64,000 bases of DNA, taken from Candidatus Nomurabacteria bacterium. Lineage in GTDB: Bacteria > Patescibacteriota > Minisyncoccia > Phycocordibacterales > UBA9973. Under the pieces are notes generated by a model. That model saw only the letters and a program-made list of their open reading frames with translations. It did no database searches and was not told where the DNA came from. Shown one piece after another: positions 40,426 through 50,586 of the stretch. Both the position numbers and the translations under genes were made by a program. The stretch spans positions 64,603-128,602 of the forward strand of contig JAHFNT010000004.1 in assembly GCA_023267195.1 (NCBI GenBank), given 5' to 3'. Position 1 is the stretch's first letter. Each line of letters begins with the position of its first letter.

Positions 40426-42744
40426 TTAGATTTCGCAAACGCCAGAGACGCAAGCGAATTCTTTGGCGCCAGTAGTGTTGTCCGCTGCTTCGTATTGAGA
40501 AAGTTTTGAGAAATCAATTTTACCAATTGCTTTCGTTCGTCTCTCATACTCTTCTTTAGTGATCGCTTCATAGGGAGCGAGTTGGTAGACATGCTCGGAT
40601 CGCGGGAGGAAAGAAAGTCCGCCAACCCAATCCCAGTTTTCATAGACAAAGTTGCCGACAGCGATCCATTCATCGGGACCGACATAAATAGTTGCCGACG
40701 GGTTGTGTTCTACAAAATGCTCTTTGAGCCTTTTCCACTCTTTCATTAAATCTAAGGCGGAAACTTGATCTTTGAAAATTGCCCCTTCTGGCGCCTTCAC
40801 TGGAAACTCTAGCACATAGGTGGTAGCGGTAGACTCAGATTGCCCAACTTCTGGCATACAAGGTACGCCTTGATCTCGAGCCATTTGGAGCAAAGTATCT
40901 GTGTGAGAAATGCGAACTCGGCGTATAAAGTAAGGAGCAAACCATGGGTGCATACCTGAACCAACACCTAGAAGCTGTCCGGAATTGCCATGAGGCTTTA
41001 CGCAAGTAATAGCGGTAGAAGCGTTAATCCCAAAACGTTTAGCATATTTTTTATTTGTTTCAATAGAATCCATTTTTAACAAAGACAACACTTTATCATC
41101 ACGAATTATTGGATTGTCATAATAACCAGTGAGTGATACGCCAAGCAGTCTCTCTTCCTCGCAATTTTCCTTCCATTTTTTCGAAAGATAACCAAAATTG
41201 GTCAAGGTAGATTGATAAGTTCCAAGCAGGGTTGCTATTTCCATTTTTCTTTTTAGGGTGGCGACAGTATCTTTCGGACGAATCACAATACTGGTCAAAT
41301 TACAAAATTGTTTGGAGCGAAGATAAATTTCCCCGCATGGATTGAGGCCCATCTGTCTTTCCTCTTTGATGGCTGCCCACCTACGCGCTGGTACTTGTTT
41401 CTCGAGCCCCGCTCGGTTGAAAATTCCGCGCTCACCCGACTTAGATTTCACTAAGGCGGTCCACTCATCCAAGAACTCTTCCGCGCTAGGCTTCGCATTA
41501 TAAACGGCTGAATTATTGGCCATACTACGTTGCCCTTCTGTCAGGTAAAATTGTCCCTTCTTTGAATCTCGCATTTCAGAATCATCCAATTCAGAAAGAG
41601 AAATAAGAGCGCTCCTGCGTACCCCCCCAGCAACGACAATCATTCCAATCTGACAAATGATATCGTGCATGTCTATATTGGAAAGACGGCGGCCTTGTTT
41701 CGATAAAATTTTACGTCTAGCAAATTCCATCAAATCCATAAGCGGTTGCGGTCCGGACGCTTTCCCCCCCGCTGTCTCTAATCTTGATCCAGCTGGCCTG
41801 ATCATAGAATAATCAAACTTTATATCTCGTCCGTCAAACCAAGCCTTGAGCCCCATAACAAATGCATCTGCCCATCCTTCCTTGCTGTCTACAACAACAT
41901 GAGTAGTTACTTTTTCTTTGCCTTGCTTTTTTATTTGCGGAAATTGTTGAACATTTTCCCACTCAACCGCAAAACCAAGCCCTGCTCCGCACATTGAAAT
42001 ATACATAATTTCGCCCAAATCCTGCGGGCAAGTAGGAGCAATGTATGAACAATTATATGCCCAGACATTAGACTGGCGACACGCCTTGCCAGCCGACCAC
42101 AAAAGGCGCATTGAGGGACAAACTTCTTGGTCGAGAATCGCTTGTCTTACTTCTTCATATTCTTTGACAGAGAGTTTATCCTTTAAATTCTCTTTCATAT
42201 ATGCCATATAACGATCAACTGTCTCTATCCAGGTTTCTCGACGACCTAATTCTGGAACCCACCTTGAATAAAATTGATAGAAAATATATTCTGAATAAGG
42301 GCTAGAAAAATATTTACTGCTCTCTTCTACTGCCAGCCTTACTGCATCTGATACTGGGCCAAAAGCTTTCCTGAGTTCTGAACGCTTGTTGCGATAGAGA
42401 ATATATTTTTTGGCCGTTTCAGTAAAACCATCTTTCATTAATTCTTTTTCCACACAATCCTGAATAAGTTCAACTGTCGGTAAAAATTTAGCTTTTTTGT
42501 TTTCTTTTGTTAACTCAGATTGGAGGCTAAGAAGAGTTTTAAATACGCGACTAGCCACGACGTGAGATTCTGCCTCTCCCCCCTCGCCAGAAACTTCAAA
42601 AGCTTTGAACACGGCTCGGGCAATTCTTTCCAAATCAAATGGAACAACTTCCCCAGTTCTCCTGCGAATTGATTTTATTTTTACTAATTCGCTTTTTAAA
42701 ATTTTTTCACTTGATTTCATTTTTGTTTTTGTTGTTGGGTTCAT
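40426..42744 (-). CDS. nrdJ: Class II (B12-dependent) ribonucleotide reductase with ATP cone
   Basis: ATP cone, YNCS, GGVRRSA, NPCGEI, C-terminal CVSGVCEI. Confidence 0.93.
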   Translation of the reverse strand: MNPTTKTKMKSSEKILKSELVKIKSIRRRTGEVVPFDLERIARAVFKAFEVSGEGGEAESHVVASRVFKTLLSLQSELTKENKKAKFLPTVELIQDCVEKELMKDGFTETAKKYILYRNKRSELRKAFGPVSDAVRLAVEESSKYFSSPYSEYIFYQFYSRWVPELGRRETWIETVDRYMAYMKENLKDKLSVKEYEEVRQAILDQEVCPSMRLLWSAGKACRQSNVWAYNCSYIAPTCPQDLGEIMYISMCGAGLGFAVEWENVQQFPQIKKQGKEKVTTHVVVDSKEGWADAFVMGLKAWFDGRDIKFDYSMIRPAGSRLETAGGKASGPQPLMDLMEFARRKILSKQGRRLSNIDMHDIICQIGMIVVAGGVRRSALISLSELDDSEMRDSKKGQFYLTEGQRSMANNSAVYNAKPSAEEFLDEWTALVKSKSGERGIFNRAGLEKQVPARRWAAIKEERQMGLNPCGEIYLRSKQFCNLTSIVIRPKDTVATLKRKMEIATLLGTYQSTLTNFGYLSKKWKENCEEERLLGVSLTGYYDNPIIRDDKVLSLLKMDSIETNKKYAKRFGINASTAITCVKPHGNSGQLLGVGSGMHPWFAPYFIRRVRISHTDTLLQMARDQGVPCMPEVGQSESTATTYVLEFPVKAPEGAIFKDQVSALDLMKEWKRLKEHFVEHNPSATIYVGPDEWIAVGNFVYENWDWVGGLSFLPRSEHVYQLAPYEAITKEEYERRTKAIGKIDFSKLSQYEAADNTTGAKEFACVSGVCEI

Positions 42745-42749
42745 ATAGT

Positions 42750-43307
42750 TTAAATTATTTTAGGATTAAAAGTAGTCACAATTAATTCGGATTCTTTTTT
42801 CTTTTTCTTGATCATAAAATTATAAATAGCGGGAGAAAGCAAAAGAGCAAAAATAATATTGCCCGCCAGGTGAAGAATAGTGAATGGTATCTGACCTGTC
42901 AAAGCTCCGAGAAACGATTGGTGAAAAAATATTGGACCGACGGTCAGCCCAGTTAGCGCATCAAAAACTAAAGTTCCCAAAATTGCAAAATGCACATAGT
43001 CTATAGTATTTCCTTTTTTATTTTTAAAATAACTTGCAGACCATAAACCGATCAATCCATAGGCGCCAGCGGTAAAAAGCGTTCGTACTCCGAGCGTGCC
43101 CGTAACCAAATCGTAAAGAAAAATACTCAAAACAGCAAAAGAAAATCCCCAAAATGCTCCGGAAACACGGCTGATAGGCATAGTCGCTGCTAAAATTGGC
43201 TCTACATTCGGAATCCGAACTGGAATCAAGCGCGCAAGCAAACACAAAAACAAAATAAGGAAAAATTTTGGATTAAATTCAGAATAAATTTTTTTAGATG
43301 TGTTCAT
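42750..43307 (-). CDS. ECF transporter S-component, probably cobalamin (CbrT-like)
   Basis: RIPNVEPI motif, about 6 TM helices, upstream of nrdJ and pduO. Confidence 0.7.
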   Translation of the reverse strand: MNTSKKIYSEFNPKFFLILFLCLLARLIPVRIPNVEPILAATMPISRVSGAFWGFSFAVLSIFLYDLVTGTLGVRTLFTAGAYGLIGLWSASYFKNKKGNTIDYVHFAILGTLVFDALTGLTVGPIFFHQSFLGALTGQIPFTILHLAGNIIFALLLSPAIYNFMIKKKKKESELIVTTFNPKII

Positions 43308-43487
43308 TTTTTCTCCGCCTGCTACAAATTTATAAAGATTTCTTTTGATAAATAAAAATTGTATAATATTATCTGAAGGTCACCACTTTTATAACTGTTT
43401 GACCATTATACACGAGATTAGTCCCCTTGTGTAAAGTGGATAACTGAAAATTTTTATCAATTTTTAGAGAAAATTATTTTAAGCAAC

Positions 43488-43982
43488 ATGGAACAAAATA
43501 ATGCAAGGTATGTTTGGGGGCTTTTGAGGTTAACAATGGGGCTCATTTTTCTTTGGGCCTTTATTGATAAGGTGTTTGGGTTCGGTTTTGCAACAACTCC
43601 CGAAAAGGCGTGGCTTCTTGGTGGCTCACCAACTACCGGGTTCCTGCAATTTGGCGTTCATGGCCCCTTTGCAAGCTTTTATCACAGCTTGGCTGGCATA
43701 CCCCTCGTGGATTGGTTATTTATGCTGGGTCTTTTATGGATTGGGCTCACTTTAACCCTAGGTATTTTTGTAAAATTGGGTAGTTTGACAGGAATTCTAA
43801 TGTTATTCTTAATGTATACGGCCGTCGGAATACAGCCGACCAATCACCCTTTTATAGATGACCACATTGTATACATATTTGTGATGATTGGTCTCTTGAT
43901 TTCAAATTCGGGAGATTATCTCGGCTTTGGAAAATATTGGTCCCGCGTTAATCTAGTGCAAAAATATAAAATCCTGAAATAA
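43488..43982 (+). CDS. DoxX/DoxD-family membrane protein
   Basis: LRLTMGLIFLWAFIDKVFG, IDDHIVY. Confidence 0.8.
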   Translation: MEQNNARYVWGLLRLTMGLIFLWAFIDKVFGFGFATTPEKAWLLGGSPTTGFLQFGVHGPFASFYHSLAGIPLVDWLFMLGLLWIGLTLTLGIFVKLGSLTGILMLFLMYTAVGIQPTNHPFIDDHIVYIFVMIGLLISNSGDYLGFGKYWSRVNLVQKYKILK

Positions 43983-43986
43983 ATTG

Positions 43987-44060
43987 TCCGCCCTCTTGGA
44001 TTCGAACCAAGGACCCCAGAGGTATAAGCTCTGTGCTCTAACCAGCTGAGCTAAGGGCGG
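43987..44060 (-). tRNA. tRNA-Ile(TAT), CCA not encoded; overlaps ftsH stop codon
   Basis: CCGCCCT/AGGGCGG acceptor, TAGCTCAGCTGGTTAGAGC, CAGAG-CTTATAC-CTCTG, GTTCGAATC, A73. Confidence 0.92.
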
Positions 44061-45970
44061 ATGTTTTCTGCTATTTCTTTTTTCTTTAAAAGTATTCCGT
44101 GCGCGGTCAAAATCTTTTCGTATTCATCTTGTTCCAGAGTTTCTACTTCAATAAGTTTTTGGGCAATAGCAGTGAAAGCTTTTTTGTGTTCAGCTAAAAC
44201 TTTTTCCGCAGTTTTTAATCCATCGTTGATGATTCTAGAAACTTCGGCATCGACTTTAGTAGAAACTGTTTCCGAAAATTCTTTTTCTGGTATTTCTCCA
44301 AACTGTGGCCTACCGCCAGAATCAACCAAAGCTATCGGACCAATAAGATCAGACATCCCCCAGCGGGTCACCATCGCGCGCGCAATGTTGGTCGCCACTT
44401 GCAGATCACTCGAAGGTCCAGTCGTAATATCGCCAAACATCATTTGTTCCGCGACATATCCCCCGAGCGACATCGCGATATCATCGATAAATTCTTTTTT
44501 CGATTGTAAACGTCTTTCTTCGAGTGGAAGTTTTAAAGTATAGCCGCCAGCATTGCCACGAGAAATGATCGAAACTTTGTGCACTGGATCAGCATGCGGT
44601 AAGACTGAAGCCACGATCGCGTGCCCAGCTTCGTGATACGCGGTAATTTCTTTTTCTTTTTTAGAAAGCAAATGACTTTTTCTCTCAGGACCCAGCATGA
44701 CTTTTTCAATCGCGCGAATCAAATCAAATTGAAAAACTTTTTTACGATTCTCGCGTGCTGCCAAGATCGCTCCTTCGTTCATGAGCGAATACAAATCCGC
44801 ACCAGAAAATCCTGGGGTACGTTCGGCCACTAATTTTAAATTAATATCTTCAGCCAGCGGTTTTTTTATAGCATGAATCTTTAATATTTCCTCACGATCC
44901 GCGCGATCCGGTAAATCAAGAATTACTTTCCGGTCAAAACGCCCAGGACGGATAAGTGCTGGGTCAAGCACGTCTGGTCGATTCGTAGCCGCCATCACAA
45001 TCACTTTGTCATTCGGCTCGAAACCATCCATCTCTACTAAGATTTGGTTTAAGGTTTGCTCGCGTTCGTCGTTCCCCCCGCCGAACCCGCCTCCGCGGGT
45101 TCGGCCTATTGCATCTATTTCATCCACGAAGATAATAGCTGGCGCCGCTTTCTTGGCCATTTTGAAAAGATCGCGTACACGGGAAGCACCGACGCCAACG
45201 AACATTTCTACGAACTCAGATCCGGATAAATGGAAAAATGGCACACCCGCCTCCCCTGCGACCGCTCGCGCGAGCAAAGTCTTGCCGGTACCAGGAGCAC
45301 CAGTCAACATCACGCCCTTGGGAATTCTCGCGCCAATATCTAAAAACTTTTTCGGACTTTTCAAAAAATCTACGATTTCTTTCAATTCTTCTTTCGCTTC
45401 CTTGCAACCAGCGACATCCTTAAACGTTACCCGGTTGTTTTTATCATTCGGATCCGTGATGCGCGCTTTGGACTGGCCGAAAGTAAAAGCTTGCATTCCC
45501 GCACCTTTCACCTGACGGGATAAATACCAGAAGAAAAGTAAAATAAAGACTATTGGCAGGAGAAATGGCAAGAAATTTAGGAGCCAATAACTAAATCCGC
45601 TTTCATTTTTGATTGCAATGGATGTTTTCGCAAGCGCGTCTTTTGTTACACCGTAATTAAAAAGCGTCTGAGAGAGAGAAGCGTCTACCTCTTTTTTGGC
45701 TGTTTTCACTTCGTCGTTGGTGTAAGTGATCGTGAGCTTATCTCCCTCCACCAAAATATTTTTTACTTCCCCCGCCTGCACGCTTTTCGCCAAATCAGAA
45801 ATCGCCACTTCAGGCACAACTTTCCCTTCGCCAGAAATTGCCAAATAAAGTGCCATAATGAGCATGAAGAAAAAAATCGCACCGGCAATACTGCCACCCC
45901 ACCCGGATTGCTTAGGCGCTCTTTTACCTTTGCCTTGCGGCTCTTTTTGACCAAGAAAATTAAAATCCAT
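44051..45970 (-). CDS. ftsH: ATP-dependent zinc metalloprotease FtsH
   Basis: Two TM helices, [18 protein letters not shown]. Confidence 0.98.
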   Translation of the reverse strand: MDFNFLGQKEPQGKGKRAPKQSGWGGSIAGAIFFFMLIMALYLAISGEGKVVPEVAISDLAKSVQAGEVKNILVEGDKLTITYTNDEVKTAKKEVDASLSQTLFNYGVTKDALAKTSIAIKNESGFSYWLLNFLPFLLPIVFILLFFWYLSRQVKGAGMQAFTFGQSKARITDPNDKNNRVTFKDVAGCKEAKEELKEIVDFLKSPKKFLDIGARIPKGVMLTGAPGTGKTLLARAVAGEAGVPFFHLSGSEFVEMFVGVGASRVRDLFKMAKKAAPAIIFVDEIDAIGRTRGGGFGGGNDEREQTLNQILVEMDGFEPNDKVIVMAATNRPDVLDPALIRPGRFDRKVILDLPDRADREEILKIHAIKKPLAEDINLKLVAERTPGFSGADLYSLMNEGAILAARENRKKVFQFDLIRAIEKVMLGPERKSHLLSKKEKEITAYHEAGHAIVASVLPHADPVHKVSIISRGNAGGYTLKLPLEERRLQSKKEFIDDIAMSLGGYVAEQMMFGDITTGPSSDLQVATNIARAMVTRWGMSDLIGPIALVDSGGRPQFGEIPEKEFSETVSTKVDAEVSRIINDGLKTAEKVLAEHKKAFTAIAQKLIEVETLEQDEYEKILTAHGILLKKKEIAENIRP

Positions 45971-46024
45971 GTGGCTACTTTAACACAAAATATATATAAA
46001 GAAAAGTTGTGTTAATATAAACTC

Positions 46025-46471
46025 ATGGCGAATTATGCAGAAAACCGAAAAGCCCGCTTTGATTATGAAATCTTGGAAAAATACGAGACCGGTATTGAGC
46101 TTTTGGGTACGGAAGTAAAGTCTGTGCGCGCCGGGCAAATGTCATTGGAGGGCGCCTTTGTTATCGTGCGCGGAGGTGAAGCATTTTTAATCAATGCGAA
46201 TATTCCACCATATCAACCCAAAAATGCGCCGAAAGATTATGATCCACTTAGAAATCGTAAACTTTTACTCACCAAAAAAGAAATCGCCGAGCTTGCAGGC
46301 AATGAGAAGAATAAGAGTTTGACAATTATGCCTATTTCAGTGTATAATAAAAAAAGAAAAATCAAAGTAGAAATTGCTTTAGTGAAAGGTAAAAAGAAAA
46401 CCGATAAACGCGAGACGATCAAGAAGCGCGAGACTGACAGAGAAATCAGAAGAGAAATCAAGGATCATTGA
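46025..46471 (+). CDS. smpB: SsrA-binding protein
   Basis: ENRKARFDY, GIELLGTEVKS, RKLLL, KGKK. Confidence 0.98.
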   Translation: MANYAENRKARFDYEILEKYETGIELLGTEVKSVRAGQMSLEGAFVIVRGGEAFLINANIPPYQPKNAPKDYDPLRNRKLLLTKKEIAELAGNEKNKSLTIMPISVYNKKRKIKVEIALVKGKKKTDKRETIKKRETDREIRREIKDH

Positions 46472-46484
46472 AATTACAATATTT

Positions 46485-46882
46485 GGGGATGCAAGGCATA
46501 GACAGTTGGTCCATTTGTCAAAAATGCATACCGAGCATGGACGTAATCTCGTAAAAATTCGTTCAAATGTTAATTGCAAAATTGACTGCTAAGGCAAAAG
46601 CTGTCGTCTCTCCATTCTTCGGAATGAATGACTTCGCTTTTGCTTCGGTTTCCGCTTTAGCGTAAGCCGATGTCTCTCGTATAGACTTCCGATATATACG
46701 TCGAGGCATAATATTATCGGGATAAGGGAATGCCCGCTCGAGCACTTCACGAAAACCTAGAGCTCGATTAAAAAATATTTGGCGCGTTTAAGAATTTTTT
46801 AATCTAAACCGAAAAGCGCGCTATGTATGTAGATTTTTTTGCAAAAACCTTCTGCACGGGGATTCGATTTCCCCCATCTCCA
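46485..46882 (+). ncRNA. ssrA: tmRNA
   Basis: GGGGATG/CATCTCC acceptor with G3-U70, T-arm GGGGA-TTCGATT-TCCCC, tag ORF 46576-46665 ending ALA*, follows smpB. Confidence 0.9.
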
Positions 46883-46959
46883 CAAAACATTGACTTTAAA
46901 GCACAATTACGCTATTATCTCCTAGTAGTCAAAGGCTCTAATAGCTTTACTTATATCAA

Positions 46960-47463
46960 TTGCGCGAAAGAATAAACAACCAAATACGGGCGAAAGAGGT
47001 TCGGGTTTTAGATAGTGAAAACAAAAATCTCGGTATTTTAAGCATCAGAGACGCTTTGGAAATGGCTGAGAGTAGGGGCTTAGACTTAATTGAGATATCC
47101 CCGAACGGCAATCCGCCAATTGCCAAGTTGATGGATTTTGGCAAATATCAATACGAGGCCGCCAAGAAACTGAAGAAGGCCAAAGCTGGAGCCAGTAAGA
47201 CAGAAACCAAATCAATCCAGATAAAGATAGGTACTGGAGATCATGATTTGGAATTAAAAGCGAAAACCGCTTCGAAGTGGATCAAGGAAGGGCATCGCAT
47301 CAAAGTGGAACTTTTCCTCGCCGGACGCGCCAAGTATATGGATGAAAAATTTTTACGAGAACGTTTAGACAGAGTGCTCCATTTAATTACCGAAGATTAT
47401 AAAGTGTCAGATCAATATAAAAAGGGACCAAAGGGTTTGACCATAACAATAGAAAAAAAATAA
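46960..47463 (+). CDS. infC: Translation initiation factor IF-3 (non-AUG start)
   Basis: RINNQIRAKEVR, GLDLIEI, MDFGKYQYE. Confidence 0.97.
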   Translation: MRERINNQIRAKEVRVLDSENKNLGILSIRDALEMAESRGLDLIEISPNGNPPIAKLMDFGKYQYEAAKKLKKAKAGASKTETKSIQIKIGTGDHDLELKAKTASKWIKEGHRIKVELFLAGRAKYMDEKFLRERLDRVLHLITEDYKVSDQYKKGPKGLTITIEKK

Positions 47464-47464
47464 T

Positions 47465-47662
47465 ATGGGAAAAGGAATGAAAACAAATAAATCATATAGC
47501 AAGAGATTAAAAGTCACCAAAAATGGCAAGATTTTAGCGCGCAAGGCGGGATTCAACCATTTCAATGCCAAGCAATCACGTAACAAACAACTTGGGGGCA
47601 AGAAGGGCGTAGAGTTTGTGATTAAAAATAAACCGATGAGCCATTTATTACCATTCACATAA
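47465..47662 (+). CDS. rpmI: Ribosomal protein bL35
   Basis: MKTNKSYSKRLKVTKNGK; between infC and rplT. Confidence 0.93.
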   Translation: MGKGMKTNKSYSKRLKVTKNGKILARKAGFNHFNAKQSRNKQLGGKKGVEFVIKNKPMSHLLPFT

Positions 47663-47700
47663 CAGCTTATAGCTGTTAGCTGATAGGGATTAGAAAATTC

Positions 47701-47732
47701 CTAAAAGCTAAAAGCTAAAAGCTAAAAGCTAA
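47701..47732. repeat. Heptamer tandem repeat (CTAAAAG)x4
   Basis: Read directly; ends just upstream of the rplT ATG. Confidence 0.85.
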
Positions 47733-47734
47733 CA

Positions 47735-48079
47735 ATGACAAGAGTAAAAAAGGGAGTACATGCGTTAAAGAGAAGGAGAAGTGTTTTAAAACAAACGAAG
47801 GGTTTCCGTCACGGTCGTAGCACCAAGGAACGCCAAGCCAAAGATGCGCTTTTACATGCTGGCAATTATGCTTTCGCCCACCGCAAAGATAAGAAATCGC
47901 ACAATCGCAAACTTTGGAACATTAAAATCAACGCTGGAGCGCGAGAGCTCGGCATGTCTTATTCAAGATTTATGGATGCTCTTAAAAAGAAAAACATAAT
48001 GCTTGATAGAAAAATTCTATCTGACTTTGCAGAACATCATCCAACGACTTTCGCTAAAGTTTTAGAAGCAATAAAATAA
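47735..48079 (+). CDS. rplT: Ribosomal protein bL20
   Basis: MTRVKKG, RKLWNIKINA, LDRKILSD. Confidence 0.97.
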   Translation: MTRVKKGVHALKRRRSVLKQTKGFRHGRSTKERQAKDALLHAGNYAFAHRKDKKSHNRKLWNIKINAGARELGMSYSRFMDALKKKNIMLDRKILSDFAEHHPTTFAKVLEAIK

Positions 48080-48084
48080 ATCCT

Positions 48085-48121
48085 AAACAAAAACCCCCGC
48101 TAGAAGCGGGGGTTTTTGTTT
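48085..48121. terminator. Bidirectional terminator
   Basis: aaacaaaaacccccgct/agcgggggtttttgttt. Confidence 0.85.
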
Positions 48122-48746
48122 ACATAATACTTTCTACACCAGTGCCTTTAGTTATTTGATATTCGTTAATCTTGTCTCTTTTAATAATAGCAATCATATC
48201 CTCGACAAGTTTTTTGGGGTCAGCACCCATGACAATTTTATTGTTTGGGCGATGAGCTTTCTCTAAAATACCCTTGAGCTCATCTCCCATCTCCCACGGT
48301 CCTTCGAAAATACCCAGAGCCTTCCCGTCTTCAAAAGCCACTGTAAACTCATGAATCGTGCCGATGCGTCCGCAACCACAAATAACTCCATCCGCCGAAC
48401 GGGTGATGAGCAAATCACGCCCCGGATAACCGAAACCGGTATAAATAATTAAATCCATATAATCTAGCGGCAGCTTGTAAACTTCCACGTGTTCTTTTTC
48501 TGAACCAGCTGGCGACATACCGATAGAAATACCGCCTGCTTCTTTGGCTCCCATTGCTGCCCAAAGCGGAAAACCAGTCGTCGCCCCAGTAATGAGCACG
48601 GCTCCATGTCGAGCTATTTCACGTCCAAGTTCTTTCGCCTTATCAAGCGCACCAACACCGCAATGCCCAGTCTCAGCCGCACCAGAAACACAGATCTTGA
48701 TCTGATTGTGCGCATGTTTTTTTGAAAGATATTCTTTTGGGTCCAT
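48120..48746 (-). CDS. LOG/SLOG-family protein
   Basis: ITGATTG, GAKEAGGISIG, RDLLITRSAD, GTIHEF. Confidence 0.8.
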   Translation of the reverse strand: MDPKEYLSKKHAHNQIKICVSGAAETGHCGVGALDKAKELGREIARHGAVLITGATTGFPLWAAMGAKEAGGISIGMSPAGSEKEHVEVYKLPLDYMDLIIYTGFGYPGRDLLITRSADGVICGCGRIGTIHEFTVAFEDGKALGIFEGPWEMGDELKGILEKAHRPNNKIVMGADPKKLVEDMIAIIKRDKINEYQITKGTGVESIM

Positions 48747-48753
48747 GGCTTTA

Positions 48754-50130
48754 TTATAACATTAGTGTAACACTACTACCCTGCTCTGGAGCGTAGGCTT
48801 CTATGCCAAGATTATCCCGAAGCTTTTGTACTAAAAACATTGCGGACTTTGGTTCACCCATAACCACAAAAACTTTTTTTACTGCGTCTTGCATGTCTTC
48901 CACGAAAGCAAGCAATCCATCTGAATCTTTATGTCCAGAATATCCAGAAATGGTGACAACATGCGCCCGAACTTGTACATCTTCACCAGAGATATGAACC
49001 ACCTTCAATCCTTCTCGAATCAAACGCCCCGGCGTGCCGACAGATTGATACCCAGTCAAAAGCAGAGTATTGTTTGGATCTGGCAAATAATGCCTTTCGT
49101 GGTGCACGATGCGTCCGCCGGTCGACATTCCACTTCCCGCGATAACTATCTTTGGATCAGGCACTGCGCCGATCATTTTGGATTCTTCTGATTTTAAAGT
49201 GTTATGCAACCCCGGAAAATCAAATAAATATTTGCCGGGAGATATAGCTTTTTGCGCTTTTTCATTAAAATAACTTTTATATTGTTTGAAAACATCCGTC
49301 AAACGGATCGCAAGCGGAGAGTCGAGGAACACCGGCATGACAGGTATACGATTTTCTTCAACTAAGGCATCAAGTTCAAACAAAAGCTCCTGTGAACGTT
49401 CAAGCGAAAAAGTGGGGATGATTAGGGTTCCTTTCCTTTTATAATTGTCTTCAATCACTCCTTCCAAATATTTTCGGCGATCATCCCTCGACTCATGATT
49501 TCTATCCCCATAGACAGATTCCATAATCAAATAATCTGCGTCGGTGATTCTTTCCGTATCAGGCAGAAGGGGCGAGGGACTATTGCCCAAATCTCCAGTA
49601 AAAAGAATTTTCTTCCCATTGAACAAAAATTCAACCATCGCTGAACCCAAAATATGCCCGGCATTTAAAAAAGAAACTTTTAGATCAGGAGTTATCGGCA
49701 GGTCTTGATGATAAGTAAAACCCTGCCAGAGACTAAGTGTTAATTTTATATTTTCTTCTGTGTATATTTTATCTAAACCCAATTTCGTATTCTTGCTCAA
49801 AATACCCGCTGTGTCTTCCAGCATCGGACTCGCGAGCGCGCGGGTGGGCTCGGTAGAATAAATTTTCCCGCGAAAGCCTTCTCCGACAAGCTTCGGAATG
49901 AGACCCAGATGATCCACATGCGCATGCGTGACAAACAAAATATCTATCTCCTTCGGATCGTAGACAAAAGGCTTCCAGTTTATCTCATCATCTAAATTTT
50001 CTCCTTGTGTCAGCCCGCAATCTATCAAAATTTTCTTACCAGCAATCTCTAAAAGAAAATTCGCGCCAGTAACCGAGCCTGTCCCTCCGTAAAATGTTAT
50101 TTTTGCCTTCTTTTCCATTGCCATCATCAT
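48754..50130 (-). CDS. MBL-fold beta-CASP ribonuclease
   Basis: THAHVDH, AGHILGS, TGDLG, ESVYG, SGHKD. Confidence 0.9.
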   Translation of the reverse strand: MMMAMEKKAKITFYGGTGSVTGANFLLEIAGKKILIDCGLTQGENLDDEINWKPFVYDPKEIDILFVTHAHVDHLGLIPKLVGEGFRGKIYSTEPTRALASPMLEDTAGILSKNTKLGLDKIYTEENIKLTLSLWQGFTYHQDLPITPDLKVSFLNAGHILGSAMVEFLFNGKKILFTGDLGNSPSPLLPDTERITDADYLIMESVYGDRNHESRDDRRKYLEGVIEDNYKRKGTLIIPTFSLERSQELLFELDALVEENRIPVMPVFLDSPLAIRLTDVFKQYKSYFNEKAQKAISPGKYLFDFPGLHNTLKSEESKMIGAVPDPKIVIAGSGMSTGGRIVHHERHYLPDPNNTLLLTGYQSVGTPGRLIREGLKVVHISGEDVQVRAHVVTISGYSGHKDSDGLLAFVEDMQDAVKKVFVVMGEPKSAMFLVQKLRDNLGIEAYAPEQGSSVTLML

Positions 50131-50519
50131 ACCGTATTTTTTTCAGTAATCATAATTCTTTTAGCAAAATATAAAATCGCTGCTCCCCCACCCAGGAGGT
50201 CGAAAAATAGATCAGACAGGGTGTCTAAAATATCAAAAGGCTCGCGGGAAATGGTCCCTAGAAAAAACTCAAAAACTTCATAGGAGATTCCGATTAACAA
50301 GACAGAAAGAATGATGATTAAAATTTTATTAGAAAACCATTTCCTAGTATAAAAAACGTAAAAAAAGAATAATCCAACCCAAGCTCCCCCAAAAAAATGC
50401 ATAACCATATCAATCCACCAGATAGAATAATACCAATGAAACTTCAAAATAACGCTGTTGGCAAGAAACATTAAAAACATCAGAAACACAATATTTTTTA
50501 AAAGCTTTTTTCTGTCCAT
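50127..50519 (-). CDS. Membrane protein (VanZ/DUF2238-like)
   Basis: DMVMHFFGG, YEVFEF, DTLSDLFFDLLG. Confidence 0.7.
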   Translation of the reverse strand: MDRKKLLKNIVFLMFLMFLANSVILKFHWYYSIWWIDMVMHFFGGAWVGLFFFYVFYTRKWFSNKILIIILSVLLIGISYEVFEFFLGTISREPFDILDTLSDLFFDLLGGGAAILYFAKRIMITEKNTV

Positions 50520-50552
50520 AAGAGTATTCTACCTTAGAATAACATTTTTTGT

Positions 50553-50586
50553 AAGAAAAAACCCCGCCGTGGCGGGGATTCTTCTT
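50553..50586 (-). terminator. Terminator of the candidate ncRNA
   Basis: CCCCGC-CACG-GCGGGG-TTTTTT on minus strand. Confidence 0.75.

Noticed and set aside
43308-43487. Cobalamin riboswitch upstream of the B12 module
   Set aside because: Region is short and AT-rich with no B12-box or GGGAA core.
46379-46745. Minus-strand ORFs over smpB/tmRNA
   Set aside because: Antisense to tmRNA and its tag frame.
46930-46950. Possible third Com-type heptamer site before infC (AAGGCTC)
   Set aside because: Single degenerate copy with no pairing to the start codon.
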